Assembly (NCBI GenBank): GCA_045863295.1
Contig: BTWA01000003.1
Coordinates: 160,001 to 224,000 of the forward strand
Direction: 5' to 3'
Origin: Candidatus Hydrogenedentota bacterium
GTDB lineage: Bacteria; Hydrogenedentota; Hydrogenedentia; Hydrogenedentales; SLHB01
Length of the DNA stretch: 64,000 bases
Shown here: positions 1 to 9,522 of the stretch, in pieces
Numbering within the stretch: position 1 is the stretch's first letter
Layout: each line of letters opens with the position of its first letter
Made by a program: the position numbers and the translations under genes
The notes under the pieces: model-generated
Databases searched by the model: none
The model's input: only the letters and a program-made list of their open reading frames with translations
What the model was told of the DNA's origin: nothing

Positions 1-106
1 TACAAGAAACAGTCCTGCCCTTCACTTCCATGCATTCATTGGACGCAGGAAACCAAGTAAAGGTTTGGAAAATTTTGGAGTGATTGCCACAAACACGTGT
101 GGATAG

Positions 107-982
107 TCAGTCGCCGATGCCAACAAGCGTGAGCGCTCTGGATATGGCTTCAAACCGGGCCGGCAGATATCCGGCCGGGTCCCCGTCCACCTGCATGGGG
201 ACGGGGCTGTTCGATGCGCTGCTCAGTTCGACCACCGCGCCCTTTATGTAAGTTATCGACCGCAATGATGTGAAACCGGGGAAAAACGCGCGAAGCGCGA
301 GCCAGGCGAGTCGCAGCGGTCGCGGCTCACGAATGATGCAAACATCCAGCAGGCCGTCATCAGTAACGGCCGCGGGCGTGAACGGGATGATTCCGGCCGT
401 GTACCTGCAGTTGCCGATGATGACATAGCCCGCATTTGATTCAATCTCCATTCCATCCACGACAACACGAATAGGAGCGGGCTCGAATGTGAATGCCGTC
501 TTCAGCGTGGGCAGAATCCATGCGAGCAGTCCGAGTTTCTTGCCCCGGTGTGCATGAATTACATTCACCACGGCGGCATCGAATCCAGCGCCGGCTCCCA
601 TCAAGAAGCGATGTCCGTTGGCGGATCCCAAATCCAGAACGCGGCGCTTTCCGGACACAATCCTCTCCGCCAGGACAGCGGGATCGCGCGAAAGCCCATA
701 CTCCCGTGCAACGACGTTCGCGGTACCCAATGGCAGTATGGCGAGCGGCACGGCGGTCCCCGTGAAGCCGTTTACGACTTCGTTGGCCGTGCCGTCTCCG
801 CCAACGGATGCCACGCAGTCGTAGCCATGGGCGGCAGCCGCGGACCGCGCATCGCCCTGGGCTCGGGTAATCACCGTGTGCGTATCCGCACCGCGACTCC
901 GAAGCTCGCGAGCAAGCTGGTTTGCCGTGAATTCGCCTTTGCCGCCGCCGGCGATGGGATTGGCAATAATCAGTACGTTCAC
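107..982 (-). CDS. Diacylglycerol/lipid kinase family protein (YegS/DAGK-like)
   Basis: NPIAGGG, GGDGTANEVVNG, PLGTANV, GAGFDA and QVDGD motifs. Confidence 0.9.
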   Translation of the reverse strand: MNVLIIANPIAGGGKGEFTANQLARELRSRGADTHTVITRAQGDARSAAAAHGYDCVASVGGDGTANEVVNGFTGTAVPLAILPLGTANVVAREYGLSRDPAVLAERIVSGKRRVLDLGSANGHRFLMGAGAGFDAAVVNVIHAHRGKKLGLLAWILPTLKTAFTFEPAPIRVVVDGMEIESNAGYVIIGNCRYTAGIIPFTPAAVTDDGLLDVCIIREPRPLRLAWLALRAFFPGFTSLRSITYIKGAVVELSSASNSPVPMQVDGDPAGYLPARFEAISRALTLVGIGD

Positions 983-1109
983 GTCAGCGAATTGCCCCTG
1001 TTCGCCAGGTGTGGCGGACTGCCGCTTTGCCAGCCGGATCGTTCATGGCCACATGGAACTTTACTCACAGGCAAGTCCCCAACGGCCGTGCCAATCTTCA
1101 TTCTCATCT

Positions 1110-1934
1110 CTAACGATCCAGCTTGGCCAATTCCTGAAAGAACCAATCCTGTGCTGGAAATCTCGTATTCATTTTCAAGTAAGCGGTGTGGCCGTCCAGA
1201 TACACTACATGGATGCCTGTTGAATGATTCCCCGGCCGCTCTATCAACACGGGGATTTCCGCAGGCGTGGAATCACCCTCGGGCTCCAACCGCAATCGGC
1301 GCACGGTTGCGCTGCCGCCCCGCGCGCCAAACTGCGATATCAGGTCGCCGTGAAACGACTCGCCCACGGATATCTGTTTTCGGTACGCCTGAAAAAAGGC
1401 GCGCGCCTGTTGCGGATTGGCAATTTCATACCCAAAGTAAAAATACGACCGATCATGACATTGGACAGGAGGTATGCGTTGGCCGTCCCGGTGCGGTTCG
1501 TTCGGACAGGAAAACACCGTCCTGTTGCCATCAAGGCCGGACATCTCCACGGCGGGGTCGAGTGTAAAATCACCGGCAAAAGACGAAACCGGGGGCAATA
1601 GGCCGCCGTTTGCATCCGCCCACTGGGTACAGGCAAGGGCGATGAGAATCATGTTGTTTTGGCAGGTCGATCGCCGAGCAGGCTCAAGATTAGAGGAAAA
1701 GGACGACGTTAAGAGCACCGTGCCAATGATCATGCCCAGGATAATGAAACCCGCGGAATAAACAAACGCTTGGCGATCGGCCCATGCGGATTGACCGTTC
1801 ACGGATTCCGCCGGCGCCGGGCGCCTTGCAATGCGACCTTCTCGCGGTGTTTGACGGTTCAAGCCACGTTCGCTCGCTTTTCGGAACCCGCACAAACGGT
1901 TCGGTACGCCACATACCCCAGTTGGCCGAAACAA
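1110..1934 (-). CDS. DUF1559-like / H-X9-DG motif membrane-anchored protein (start uncertain)
   Basis: TM helix, then ARRSTCQNNM..IALA, FSCP and C-terminal HSTGIHVVYLDGH (H-X9-DG). Confidence 0.65.
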   Translation of the reverse strand: MFRPTGVCGVPNRLCGFRKASERGLNRQTPREGRIARRPAPAESVNGQSAWADRQAFVYSAGFIILGMIIGTVLLTSSFSSNLEPARRSTCQNNMILIALACTQWADANGGLLPPVSSFAGDFTLDPAVEMSGLDGNRTVFSCPNEPHRDGQRIPPVQCHDRSYFYFGYEIANPQQARAFFQAYRKQISVGESFHGDLISQFGARGGSATVRRLRLEPEGDSTPAEIPVLIERPGNHSTGIHVVYLDGHTAYLKMNTRFPAQDWFFQELAKLDR

Positions 1935-1939
1935 CGCGT

Positions 1940-2323
1940 TTAATTCAATGCGTGGGGAAACAACAACTCGAACGCGCCAATATCCACCTCAAATTCCGCG
2001 CCATCGTCCCGGCGCATTGTATACGCACCTTCCATGGTGCCATACGATGTATGGAGCGGACAGGCGCTCATGTACTCGAAGTGGCGGCCGGGCTCGATGT
2101 AGGGCTGTTCTCCAACAACACCTTCGCCTTTGACTTCCTTTTCTTCGCCCAGGGCGTCCGTGATCACCCAATGGCGTCGCACAAGCTTTGCCGGTTCGTC
2201 ACCCTCGTTGATTATCTGTATCCGATAGGCAAAAAAGAACCGGTGCTCCGAGGGATTGGACCGGTCTGGAACGTAGAAGCTCTCAGTGATAACCCGAATG
2301 CTTTGTGTGACTGTATCTGACAT
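1940..2323 (-). CDS. apaG: ApaG protein
   Basis: FFAYRIQI, RRHWVITD, VKGEGVVGEQP, YMSACPL, GTMEGAY; start taken at MSDTVT. Confidence 0.93.
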   Translation of the reverse strand: MSDTVTQSIRVITESFYVPDRSNPSEHRFFFAYRIQIINEGDEPAKLVRRHWVITDALGEEKEVKGEGVVGEQPYIEPGRHFEYMSACPLHTSYGTMEGAYTMRRDDGAEFEVDIGAFELLFPHALN

Positions 2324-2406
2324 TTCTTGCCTGCAACCCAATGGAGTATGTCTCTACACCATATTCTATCAGAAGGGGTTGGGGGAGGCACAAGCGGAAG
2401 GGCGGG

Positions 2407-2994
2407 TCAGATCGTGCCGCGCCGCCGGAAACCGGGATCGCGGTAGGCGGCCCGTAACGCGTTGGAAACGCTTTCAATCTGTGCTTCCAGGTCGGTTACG
2501 TCCTTGGATTCAGGATCCACTTTGCGGGCGGCCTCGGCCTGTTCCTTGCACTTTTGCACTAATGCTTCAATGAGCGTGAACGGATTGAGCCCTGACGGTG
2601 CGCCGTTGTCGAGTATGAACAACAACTGACGCAGATGAACTTTCGCAATGTCGATGTGGCAAATGAGTTCAAAGTATTGGCTGGAAAACCGGGGTATAGG
2701 GCTGGGGCCGCCCGTTCGCTTATAAATCGCCAGCGCGGTCTCAAGCTCGCCTTGAGCCACCATCAGCCAGCGGTTGTCCGAAGAACTCAAGTAACACCAG
2801 CCAAGGTAATAGTGGCCCCCAGCGTGGTGAGGCTGTTCCAGGAGTAGTTGTTTCAGAATTGGGATGGCTTCGTCGAAACGTGTTTCAAGGCACAGGTATT
2901 CCGCTTCAGCCAGCAGATCCCGTTTCGGTTGTGACTGACAAGCGGCGGCCCCAATCGCTATCAGGACCGCCGCCGTAACTCTCTTAATTGCCAT
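2407..2994 (-). CDS. TPR-like putative lipoprotein
   Basis: Signal peptide ending AAAC, helical TPR-like segments (GHYYLGWCY); start overlaps upstream gene by 11 bp. Confidence 0.65.
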   Translation of the reverse strand: MAIKRVTAAVLIAIGAAACQSQPKRDLLAEAEYLCLETRFDEAIPILKQLLLEQPHHAGGHYYLGWCYLSSSDNRWLMVAQGELETALAIYKRTGGPSPIPRFSSQYFELICHIDIAKVHLRQLLFILDNGAPSGLNPFTLIEALVQKCKEQAEAARKVDPESKDVTDLEAQIESVSNALRAAYRDPGFRRRGTI

Positions 2995-4372
2995 TGTTCC
3001 AACGAGGCTGGATACGGAAGAATCCGGTGCGTGGCCCAAACCGGCAGAATACCGTGATCTCCGTGGGCTTCGCTTCGGTCACTTTCGCGAGCGCTGCCTC
3101 GAACTCTTCAATCGTGGTAACCGGATGCCCCCCGAAATTCATGATAATCATGCCCGCGCGCAATCCGGCAAGCTGGCCATAACTGCCGGACTCAACCCGC
3201 CGGATAATGACGCCTTGAACATCGTTGCTCAAATTGAGCATGAGCCTGACATCCGTCGTCAGTTCCCGCACAGTCAGCCCAAATACTGTGTCTTCGAATT
3301 CCACGGCGTCTCGCGAGGACTTGGGCCGTTCGGTTAACGTCACCGACACGTCCATCGGCGCACCTTCGCGAAGCAGCTTCACGGGAACAGCTTTGCCGAT
3401 TCCCGCGTCGCGTATTACCTTGGTAAAGGCCAGGATCTCCCGATCCAGTTTTGCACGTACAGGAATCTCATTAAATGTCGTGATAACGTCGCCTGCCTGA
3501 AGCCCGGCCACGGCGGCCGGCGAGTCGGCAATGACGGTGCTGACCACCACGCCTCCTTCTTTGGGCAGGTTCCAGTATTCAGCCATGTCATCCGTTAAAG
3601 GCTGTGTAAACACGCCGAGAAACGCGTCGTCTTCCTGCGCATCCAGTGTTTCCTTGCCGGGAGGATTGTCGATGTAGTGTTGAAACAAAGCCGACTGATA
3701 GACAAGGGGATGGCCGCTGCGGATGTACAAATCGCCGCCCTCGTTCGTGGAAAGGTCAAACCCAACCACGCCGACAACATTGCCGGATGCGTTCACCACA
3801 GGCCCCCCGACGTAACCGAACACAATCCGTTCGTCGAGGCAATAGGTGCGGCGCGGCTTTTCAAGCACGGCCGTCACCCGGCGTTCGACAATCGAAGTGG
3901 TGTAATCAAGGCTTTCGCCCATCAAACCGATGATCAAGAGCGGTTCGCCCAGATCGAGGCCGCCCGGCGCAAATCGAACATGCGGCAGATTCAAGGCTTC
4001 GTTGGAAACAATCCGAAGAAAGCAGACGTTAATATCCTCCGGTTTCCGAAGCGCCTCTGCGTCGTATTCGCGCTCGCTTTCCCCTTGCCCTACAACTACC
4101 TTGATATTGAACGGCTGGGAATTCTCGAGTTGCATGTGGCCATGCGCCATGACCAGCCCATCCGCGCTCACGATGAGTCCCGCGGCTCGCGTGTTGCGCT
4201 TGCTGACCTGGCCCGACGCCGGATTCGTCACTTCCGACGAATACGTGATCATGCACACAGACGGCGCAACTTTGTCGTAACTCGACGCAACAAACTCCTG
4301 GGAAAACACTTGCGCACCGCTCACTGCCGCGAGGGCAAGGCATAGGGTCAGTCCGACGATGCTACTTCTCAT
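2984..4372 (-). CDS. HtrA-like trypsin-fold + 2 PDZ protein with degenerate catalytic triad
   Basis: Signal peptide; GLIVSADG-LVMAHGH; GYVGGPVVN in place of GNSGGP; two PDZ domains (SPAAVAGLQAGDVI, LAGLRAGMII). Confidence 0.85.
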   Translation of the reverse strand: MRSSIVGLTLCLALAAVSGAQVFSQEFVASSYDKVAPSVCMITYSSEVTNPASGQVSKRNTRAAGLIVSADGLVMAHGHMQLENSQPFNIKVVVGQGESEREYDAEALRKPEDINVCFLRIVSNEALNLPHVRFAPGGLDLGEPLLIIGLMGESLDYTTSIVERRVTAVLEKPRRTYCLDERIVFGYVGGPVVNASGNVVGVVGFDLSTNEGGDLYIRSGHPLVYQSALFQHYIDNPPGKETLDAQEDDAFLGVFTQPLTDDMAEYWNLPKEGGVVVSTVIADSPAAVAGLQAGDVITTFNEIPVRAKLDREILAFTKVIRDAGIGKAVPVKLLREGAPMDVSVTLTERPKSSRDAVEFEDTVFGLTVRELTTDVRLMLNLSNDVQGVIIRRVESGSYGQLAGLRAGMIIMNFGGHPVTTIEEFEAALAKVTEAKPTEITVFCRFGPRTGFFRIQPRWNNGN

Positions 4373-5762
4373 TCAATTGATCTCCCGGCACAGTCGCTGG
4401 CACTTCCGCTTGATCCGCGGCGTCCGCCTCGGCTTCTTCTTCGCCTTCTGCCACCTGCTTCACGAGCACAAATCGAATCAGCGATCCGCGCTTGACCGTC
4501 AGCATTGTCAGTTTTGTCTTCTGTTCGACCCGTTGGGTATACATCTCTTTGAAACCGCTGAGCGAGGGTACTTCCACCCCGTCTACCGTGAGAATGATGT
4601 CGCCTTCGCGTAGACCGGCATTGGCCGCCAGCCCGCCCACCTGCACGCCGGACACATAAACGCCCTGTCGTGTCGGCAACTGTGCACGCCGCACCATTTC
4701 CGGTGTAAGCTCCGCAAGTGTAAACGCCCACTCGCCCAACTCTTCTTCATCGCCACGCATGTCGCTGCGTTCGATGGTCGTCGCGGGGATATCCACTTCT
4801 TCGCCGGCGCGCCGGACTCGAACTTGAGCTTCCGCGCCTACCGGCAAATCCGCGATGGCCTTTTCAACCGCCGGCAACGCTTCCTCAAATCGGGCGTGTA
4901 CGGGTGCCCCGTTTAACGCGACAAGGATGTCGCCCGGGCGAATACCCGCATCGGCCGCCGGCGATAGCGGATCGACGTCGGCAATCACCACACCCTGCAC
5001 TTTGGGATCGTCCGTAACGCTGGTCATTGGCTGCAACATCAAGCCCAGCCAACTCCGTATCACCCGCCCGTCCGCGATGATCTCTTCCACCACTTCGCGT
5101 GCGATATCCACGGGAATGGCAAACCCAATGTTGTCCGCGCCGCCCAGTTTGCGTGTATTGACGCCAACCACCTCGCCGCGCAAGTTGACCAGCGGCCCTC
5201 CACTATTGCCCTGGTTGATGGCCGCGTCGGTCTGAATCCACGTGTTGTACGGGGAAATCGTCTCCCCGCTTTCGCCCAGATACCGATCGGTCACACTCAC
5301 AATGCCGCTCGACACGGACCGCGCAAGACCATGGGGACTACCCAGCGCCAGCACTGTCTGGCCCGTTTGAAGTGACGACGATTTGCCAAACGGCACGGTC
5401 GGGAGGTTATTCCGCTCCGACTCGATCTTGAGCACGGCTATATCCGTATAGCGATCGGTGCCGACAACTTGTGCGTCCACTTCTTCCCGGTTGGACAACA
5501 CGCATCGGACAAGGTTGCTATCACCGGCAACGTGCTCGTTGGTAACCACGTAACCGTCACTCGAAATGATAAATCCGCTGCCAAGCACAACCATGCCCTC
5601 GCGGCGCCCGCCGGAAAACACTTCCTTCACCGGACGAATATGTACGATGGCTGGAAGAACGTTATCTTTTGCGCGAATGACCGCGCGTTCCGACGACGAC
5701 CCCACGGTGGCGCATCCTGCGCCTAGCACGCATAGGGCGAGTACGACCGCTGTTTGTTTCAA
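4362..5762 (-). CDS. HtrA/DegP-family serine protease, 2 PDZ, probable lipoprotein
   Basis: GSGFII, TNEHV, TDIAVLK, QTDAAINQGNSGGPL; TTG start after AAGGAG; LGAGC lipobox-like. Confidence 0.92.
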   Translation of the reverse strand: MKQTAVVLALCVLGAGCATVGSSSERAVIRAKDNVLPAIVHIRPVKEVFSGGRREGMVVLGSGFIISSDGYVVTNEHVAGDSNLVRCVLSNREEVDAQVVGTDRYTDIAVLKIESERNNLPTVPFGKSSSLQTGQTVLALGSPHGLARSVSSGIVSVTDRYLGESGETISPYNTWIQTDAAINQGNSGGPLVNLRGEVVGVNTRKLGGADNIGFAIPVDIAREVVEEIIADGRVIRSWLGLMLQPMTSVTDDPKVQGVVIADVDPLSPAADAGIRPGDILVALNGAPVHARFEEALPAVEKAIADLPVGAEAQVRVRRAGEEVDIPATTIERSDMRGDEEELGEWAFTLAELTPEMVRRAQLPTRQGVYVSGVQVGGLAANAGLREGDIILTVDGVEVPSLSGFKEMYTQRVEQKTKLTMLTVKRGSLIRFVLVKQVAEGEEEAEADAADQAEVPATVPGDQLNEK

Positions 5763-6001
5763 ACCAATGCTCCTTGCCGTGTGGCGACCGGTTGGCCCCA
5801 CGCACTCCTGACCAGGCGAAACCATGACCGTCATGGAAGACGCGCCATTATACAGACGCGCCCGCACCGGACAAACCATGCCGGGCGGGGTGCTATTCCA
5901 TTCGTCCAAGCGCTAAAATCATGTCACGGCGAGGCCGGGTCACGCGCGACCCCTGCCCCGGCCGCAAACCGCCACAGGATACCTTACAACCGGAGCGCAC
6001 A

Positions 6002-6583
6002 ATGCCTAAGTCCAGCCCAAAACCTGTTTCACGGTGCGAATGGCCGAAGTCCGAGCTTGATATTCTGTATCACGACACCGAATGGGGCGTCCCCGTGCAC
6101 GACGACACTCGCCTTTTCGAGGCCTTCACACTCGGTGGCGCGCAGGCAGGCTTGAGTTGGTCCACCATTCTCAAGCGGCGGGAAGGATATCGCGAAGCGT
6201 TCCATCGGTTCGACATCGCCAAAGTCGCCCGCATGGGGCCAAAAGACGTCGAACGCCTCATGCTCGACACACGAATCATACGAAACCGGTTAAAAATTGA
6301 ATCCACCTTGACCAACGCCCGTGCGGCCATCAAGGTTATCGAGTCTCACGGATCGCTCGATCAATATCTGTGGTCGTTTGTCGAAGGGCGACCCATTGTG
6401 AACCAATGGAAGTCCTTGAGCGAATTGCCGCCGACTTCGCCCGCCTCCGATGCCATGAGCAAAGACATGAAAGCGAAGGGGTTTCGGTTTGTGGGGTCCA
6501 CCATTTGCTACGCGACCATGCAAGGAATCGGCATGATCAACGATCATGTAACGTCGTGCTTCCGGTACAAAGAACTCCGATGA
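6002..6583 (+). CDS. tag: DNA-3-methyladenine glycosylase I
   Basis: RCEW, YHDTEWGVP, QAGLSWSTIL, IIRNRLKI, FRFVGSTICY, NDHVTSC. Confidence 0.93.
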   Translation: MPKSSPKPVSRCEWPKSELDILYHDTEWGVPVHDDTRLFEAFTLGGAQAGLSWSTILKRREGYREAFHRFDIAKVARMGPKDVERLMLDTRIIRNRLKIESTLTNARAAIKVIESHGSLDQYLWSFVEGRPIVNQWKSLSELPPTSPASDAMSKDMKAKGFRFVGSTICYATMQGIGMINDHVTSCFRYKELR

Positions 6584-7326
6584 ACACGGGTTTTCTGAAT
6601 CAAGCGGATCATCGCCCATGGCCCATGCCGGATCACCGGTGGGTAATGCGAATGCGCTGGCACCATCTCCTGTTTATGCATTGGCCTCTTGAGCCCGCGG
6701 CTATCCGCGAACGAGTGCCGGCCTGCCTTGAAGTCGATTGTTTCGAAGGGCACGCATGGATCGGCGTCGTGCCGTTTGGCATGAGCGACGTGGCATTGCG
6801 AAGTCTGCCGCCTTTCCCGGGAGCGGGGACATTTCCCGAAATCAACGTGCGAACCTATGTCAAAGTGAACGGAAAACCCGGCGTATACTTCTTTAGCTTG
6901 GACGCCGCATCATGGCTTGCAGTGAAGATGGCCCGAGTCACATTCAGACTGCCCTATTTTCACGCATCCATCGATCAGCGGAACGAAGCAGGGTCCGTCC
7001 GGTACCGGTCGCGCCGATGGAATCCACGAAATCCCAAGGCGAGTTTCGATGCACGGTATGGTCCCTCCGGCCCCGTTTACCGAAGCCGGCCTGGTAACCT
7101 GGACTACTGGCTGACAGAACGGTATTGCCTCTACACCGTAGACAAGGCAGGACGGGCTTTTCGGGGCGACATCCATCACATTCCCTGGCCCATTCAGACG
7201 GCGCATGCCACGGTGAAGGACAATACCATGCTTGCCCCCCTCGGCCTGCGGGTACCGGACCTCCCACCCTTGTTGCATTACGCGCACCAACTGGATGTGG
7301 TCGCATGGGCCATTCGTCCAGCGTAA
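6580..7326 (+). CDS. YqjF / DUF2071 family protein
   Basis: WHHLLFMHW, FPEINVRTYV, GVYFFSLDA, WLTERYCLY; ATGA overlap with tag. Confidence 0.9.
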   Translation: MNTGFLNQADHRPWPMPDHRWVMRMRWHHLLFMHWPLEPAAIRERVPACLEVDCFEGHAWIGVVPFGMSDVALRSLPPFPGAGTFPEINVRTYVKVNGKPGVYFFSLDAASWLAVKMARVTFRLPYFHASIDQRNEAGSVRYRSRRWNPRNPKASFDARYGPSGPVYRSRPGNLDYWLTERYCLYTVDKAGRAFRGDIHHIPWPIQTAHATVKDNTMLAPLGLRVPDLPPLLHYAHQLDVVAWAIRPA

Positions 7327-7414
7327 ACCAAAACCTTGCACCGCGCACGGCGCTTCTCTAGGATAAGCAAACAGTTCGAACGCACGGCGCGTGCGTGACT
7401 TGGGAGTCTATACC

Positions 7415-8404
7415 ATGCAGTCGATGAGAACCGGGGCTTTTCTTGCGTTGACATGTGCCTCCATCGTGCTTTCCTCGTGCAGTGATCCCAACAAAAACAA
7501 ACTGTATTTCCGGCCCGCAAAGGGCGATTCACGCACGGTGGTCACCGAGTCGAAGATGAACATGAAAATGAATCTCATGGGCCAGAGCATGAACGTAACT
7601 CACGACCAGTCGCAGCGGCTGGTATTTGACGTCGAAGACGTCTCTCCGGAAGGAATGGTTACCATCAAGGCCACTTTCGAACGTGGCAAGGTCGCTACGA
7701 CCAACTCTCTGATGAGCCAGTTGGGGGCGATGACCGGAGGCATGCTTCCCGTGGACGGCGGCACGGCGGAAGCCAACAAGCTGATTCAGAAGCTGGAAGG
7801 CAAGAGCTTTACGGTCAAAGTCGGCCGTGACGGTAAAATGTCCGAAATTTCGGGGCTGGAGGCGTTAAGCACTGAAATGTTGGCGGGTATGGACACCGCC
7901 AGCCCTGCCCAAGCACAGGCCGTGGGATTGGCAAGCGGCATGGTAGATCGCGATACGTTGCAGCTCGTGCTCCAGAATCTCTTTATCCAGGCACCCGATC
8001 TGCCGCTCAAAAACGGAGACACGTTTACCGTCACCGGCTCAAGAGAAGTCGCCGCGATGCGAGTCCCGGTGCAATATACCGAGAACTACACTGTCACGGG
8101 CTGGGACGACCAGAAGGCGGCCATGTCGGTTACAACCGATACCTCCATCGCCATCTCCGGCGCCGATGTGGCCAATGCCATGGGGATGGGCGACTCGCCC
8201 GCGGGGGGCATGCTGAACATGAGCATGAACCTGAAAGGTACTGCAACGGGCACGCTGACAGCGGACCGCGCCACCGGATGGATGACCGTGCGCGACGAGA
8301 AAATGAAACTCACCGGCTCGATGGACATCGCCGTGGGCGGACAGAAGATGAATTTGCCCGTGGACACTGATGTAAACGTACGCGTGGAGACGTTTTCGAA
8401 ATAG
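7415..8404 (+). CDS. Lipoprotein, DUF6263-like beta-rich
   Basis: LSSC lipobox; beta-strand-rich, GKSFTVKV..DGK..EISGLE pattern. Confidence 0.6.
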   Translation: MQSMRTGAFLALTCASIVLSSCSDPNKNKLYFRPAKGDSRTVVTESKMNMKMNLMGQSMNVTHDQSQRLVFDVEDVSPEGMVTIKATFERGKVATTNSLMSQLGAMTGGMLPVDGGTAEANKLIQKLEGKSFTVKVGRDGKMSEISGLEALSTEMLAGMDTASPAQAQAVGLASGMVDRDTLQLVLQNLFIQAPDLPLKNGDTFTVTGSREVAAMRVPVQYTENYTVTGWDDQKAAMSVTTDTSIAISGADVANAMGMGDSPAGGMLNMSMNLKGTATGTLTADRATGWMTVRDEKMKLTGSMDIAVGGQKMNLPVDTDVNVRVETFSK

Positions 8405-8407
8405 CCG

Positions 8408-9448
8408 TTACTTGTCAGGCGACGCCAACATGCCCACGAACACGCGAAAGATGTTCTGATCGATTTCGTGGCTCATTTCGTCGCGCATAATCGTGAGCGC
8501 CTTGTACGTCTGCATGGCCTCTTTATAGGATCGTTTCGTCGTCAGGGCGTCGAACACGTCGCAAATCGTGGAAATGCGCACCCATTCCGATATCTTCTTG
8601 CCCTGAAGTCCGTCCGGGTATCCATTGCCGTTCAGTTTTTCGTGATGATGCCGCACCACATCCAGTGCCATCGGCCCCAATTTCTTTTCGTGCATCAGGA
8701 TGTCGTATCCATGCACAGGATGCAATCGCATATGCTTCCATTGATCGTCCGTCAGACGGCCCTTCGAATTCACGATTTCAGGATCGATACGGCTTTTGCC
8801 GATGTCATGCAACAACAACCCTTCGCCAAATTCTCGTAGGAGGGCAGGATCCGTAAGGCCCATCTTTTGAGCAAGACAGACGCTGTACACATACACGTTT
8901 ACGCTGTGCGTATACGTGTAATAATCATAGGAAACCAATCCCATCAAATGATGAAAAGCCCGATTCTCGCTGGCCAAAAACTTGGTCATCTTACCGGCCA
9001 ATTCCTGGCTCCGTGTCACCAATTCACCCGACCCCGGATTCTCGAATATCCGGCGCATTAATCCGGTTGCCGACGAATACAAGACCTTTGATTTGGCCGT
9101 AATCGGTACACCTGAATCGCCGAGAATGCTTTCCAGATGCTTTTCGACGTACTGCTGGTAGACGTCGTGTTCGTCGTCTCGCACCCACATGTGGGAATGG
9201 TTCAGCTCCGCCAAACGACCCAATACATCCTGGGTAAAAGGCAGGTGCTTTTCGCGAAACAATACCGGGGGCAAATCTTCCTGGGTGCGAAGATACAGAT
9301 CGAAGTTTGTCACCGAATCGACGCGCAGACTCGATATCGGTATTTCGATGTATTTGCCGCCGGAAATGTGCACTACCCGTGCCACTTCTCCCGTCGGCGC
9401 CACTATCACTCGGTCACCCATCGAACTTCCTTCTGCAAAAAGTGACAA
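8408..9448 (-). CDS. HD-GYP domain phosphodiesterase
   Basis: YTYTHSVNV, LLHDIGK, HHEKLNGNGYPDGL, DVFDALT. Confidence 0.92.
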   Translation of the reverse strand: MSLFAEGSSMGDRVIVAPTGEVARVVHISGGKYIEIPISSLRVDSVTNFDLYLRTQEDLPPVLFREKHLPFTQDVLGRLAELNHSHMWVRDDEHDVYQQYVEKHLESILGDSGVPITAKSKVLYSSATGLMRRIFENPGSGELVTRSQELAGKMTKFLASENRAFHHLMGLVSYDYYTYTHSVNVYVYSVCLAQKMGLTDPALLREFGEGLLLHDIGKSRIDPEIVNSKGRLTDDQWKHMRLHPVHGYDILMHEKKLGPMALDVVRHHHEKLNGNGYPDGLQGKKISEWVRISTICDVFDALTTKRSYKEAMQTYKALTIMRDEMSHEIDQNIFRVFVGMLASPDK

Positions 9449-9522
9449 TGCTTTGGGGGCAGAATTCGTTTCCAGATCCAGGGAGACCCCTGTTCTTGCA
9501 CCCGCGCATTAGAATACTGTCT

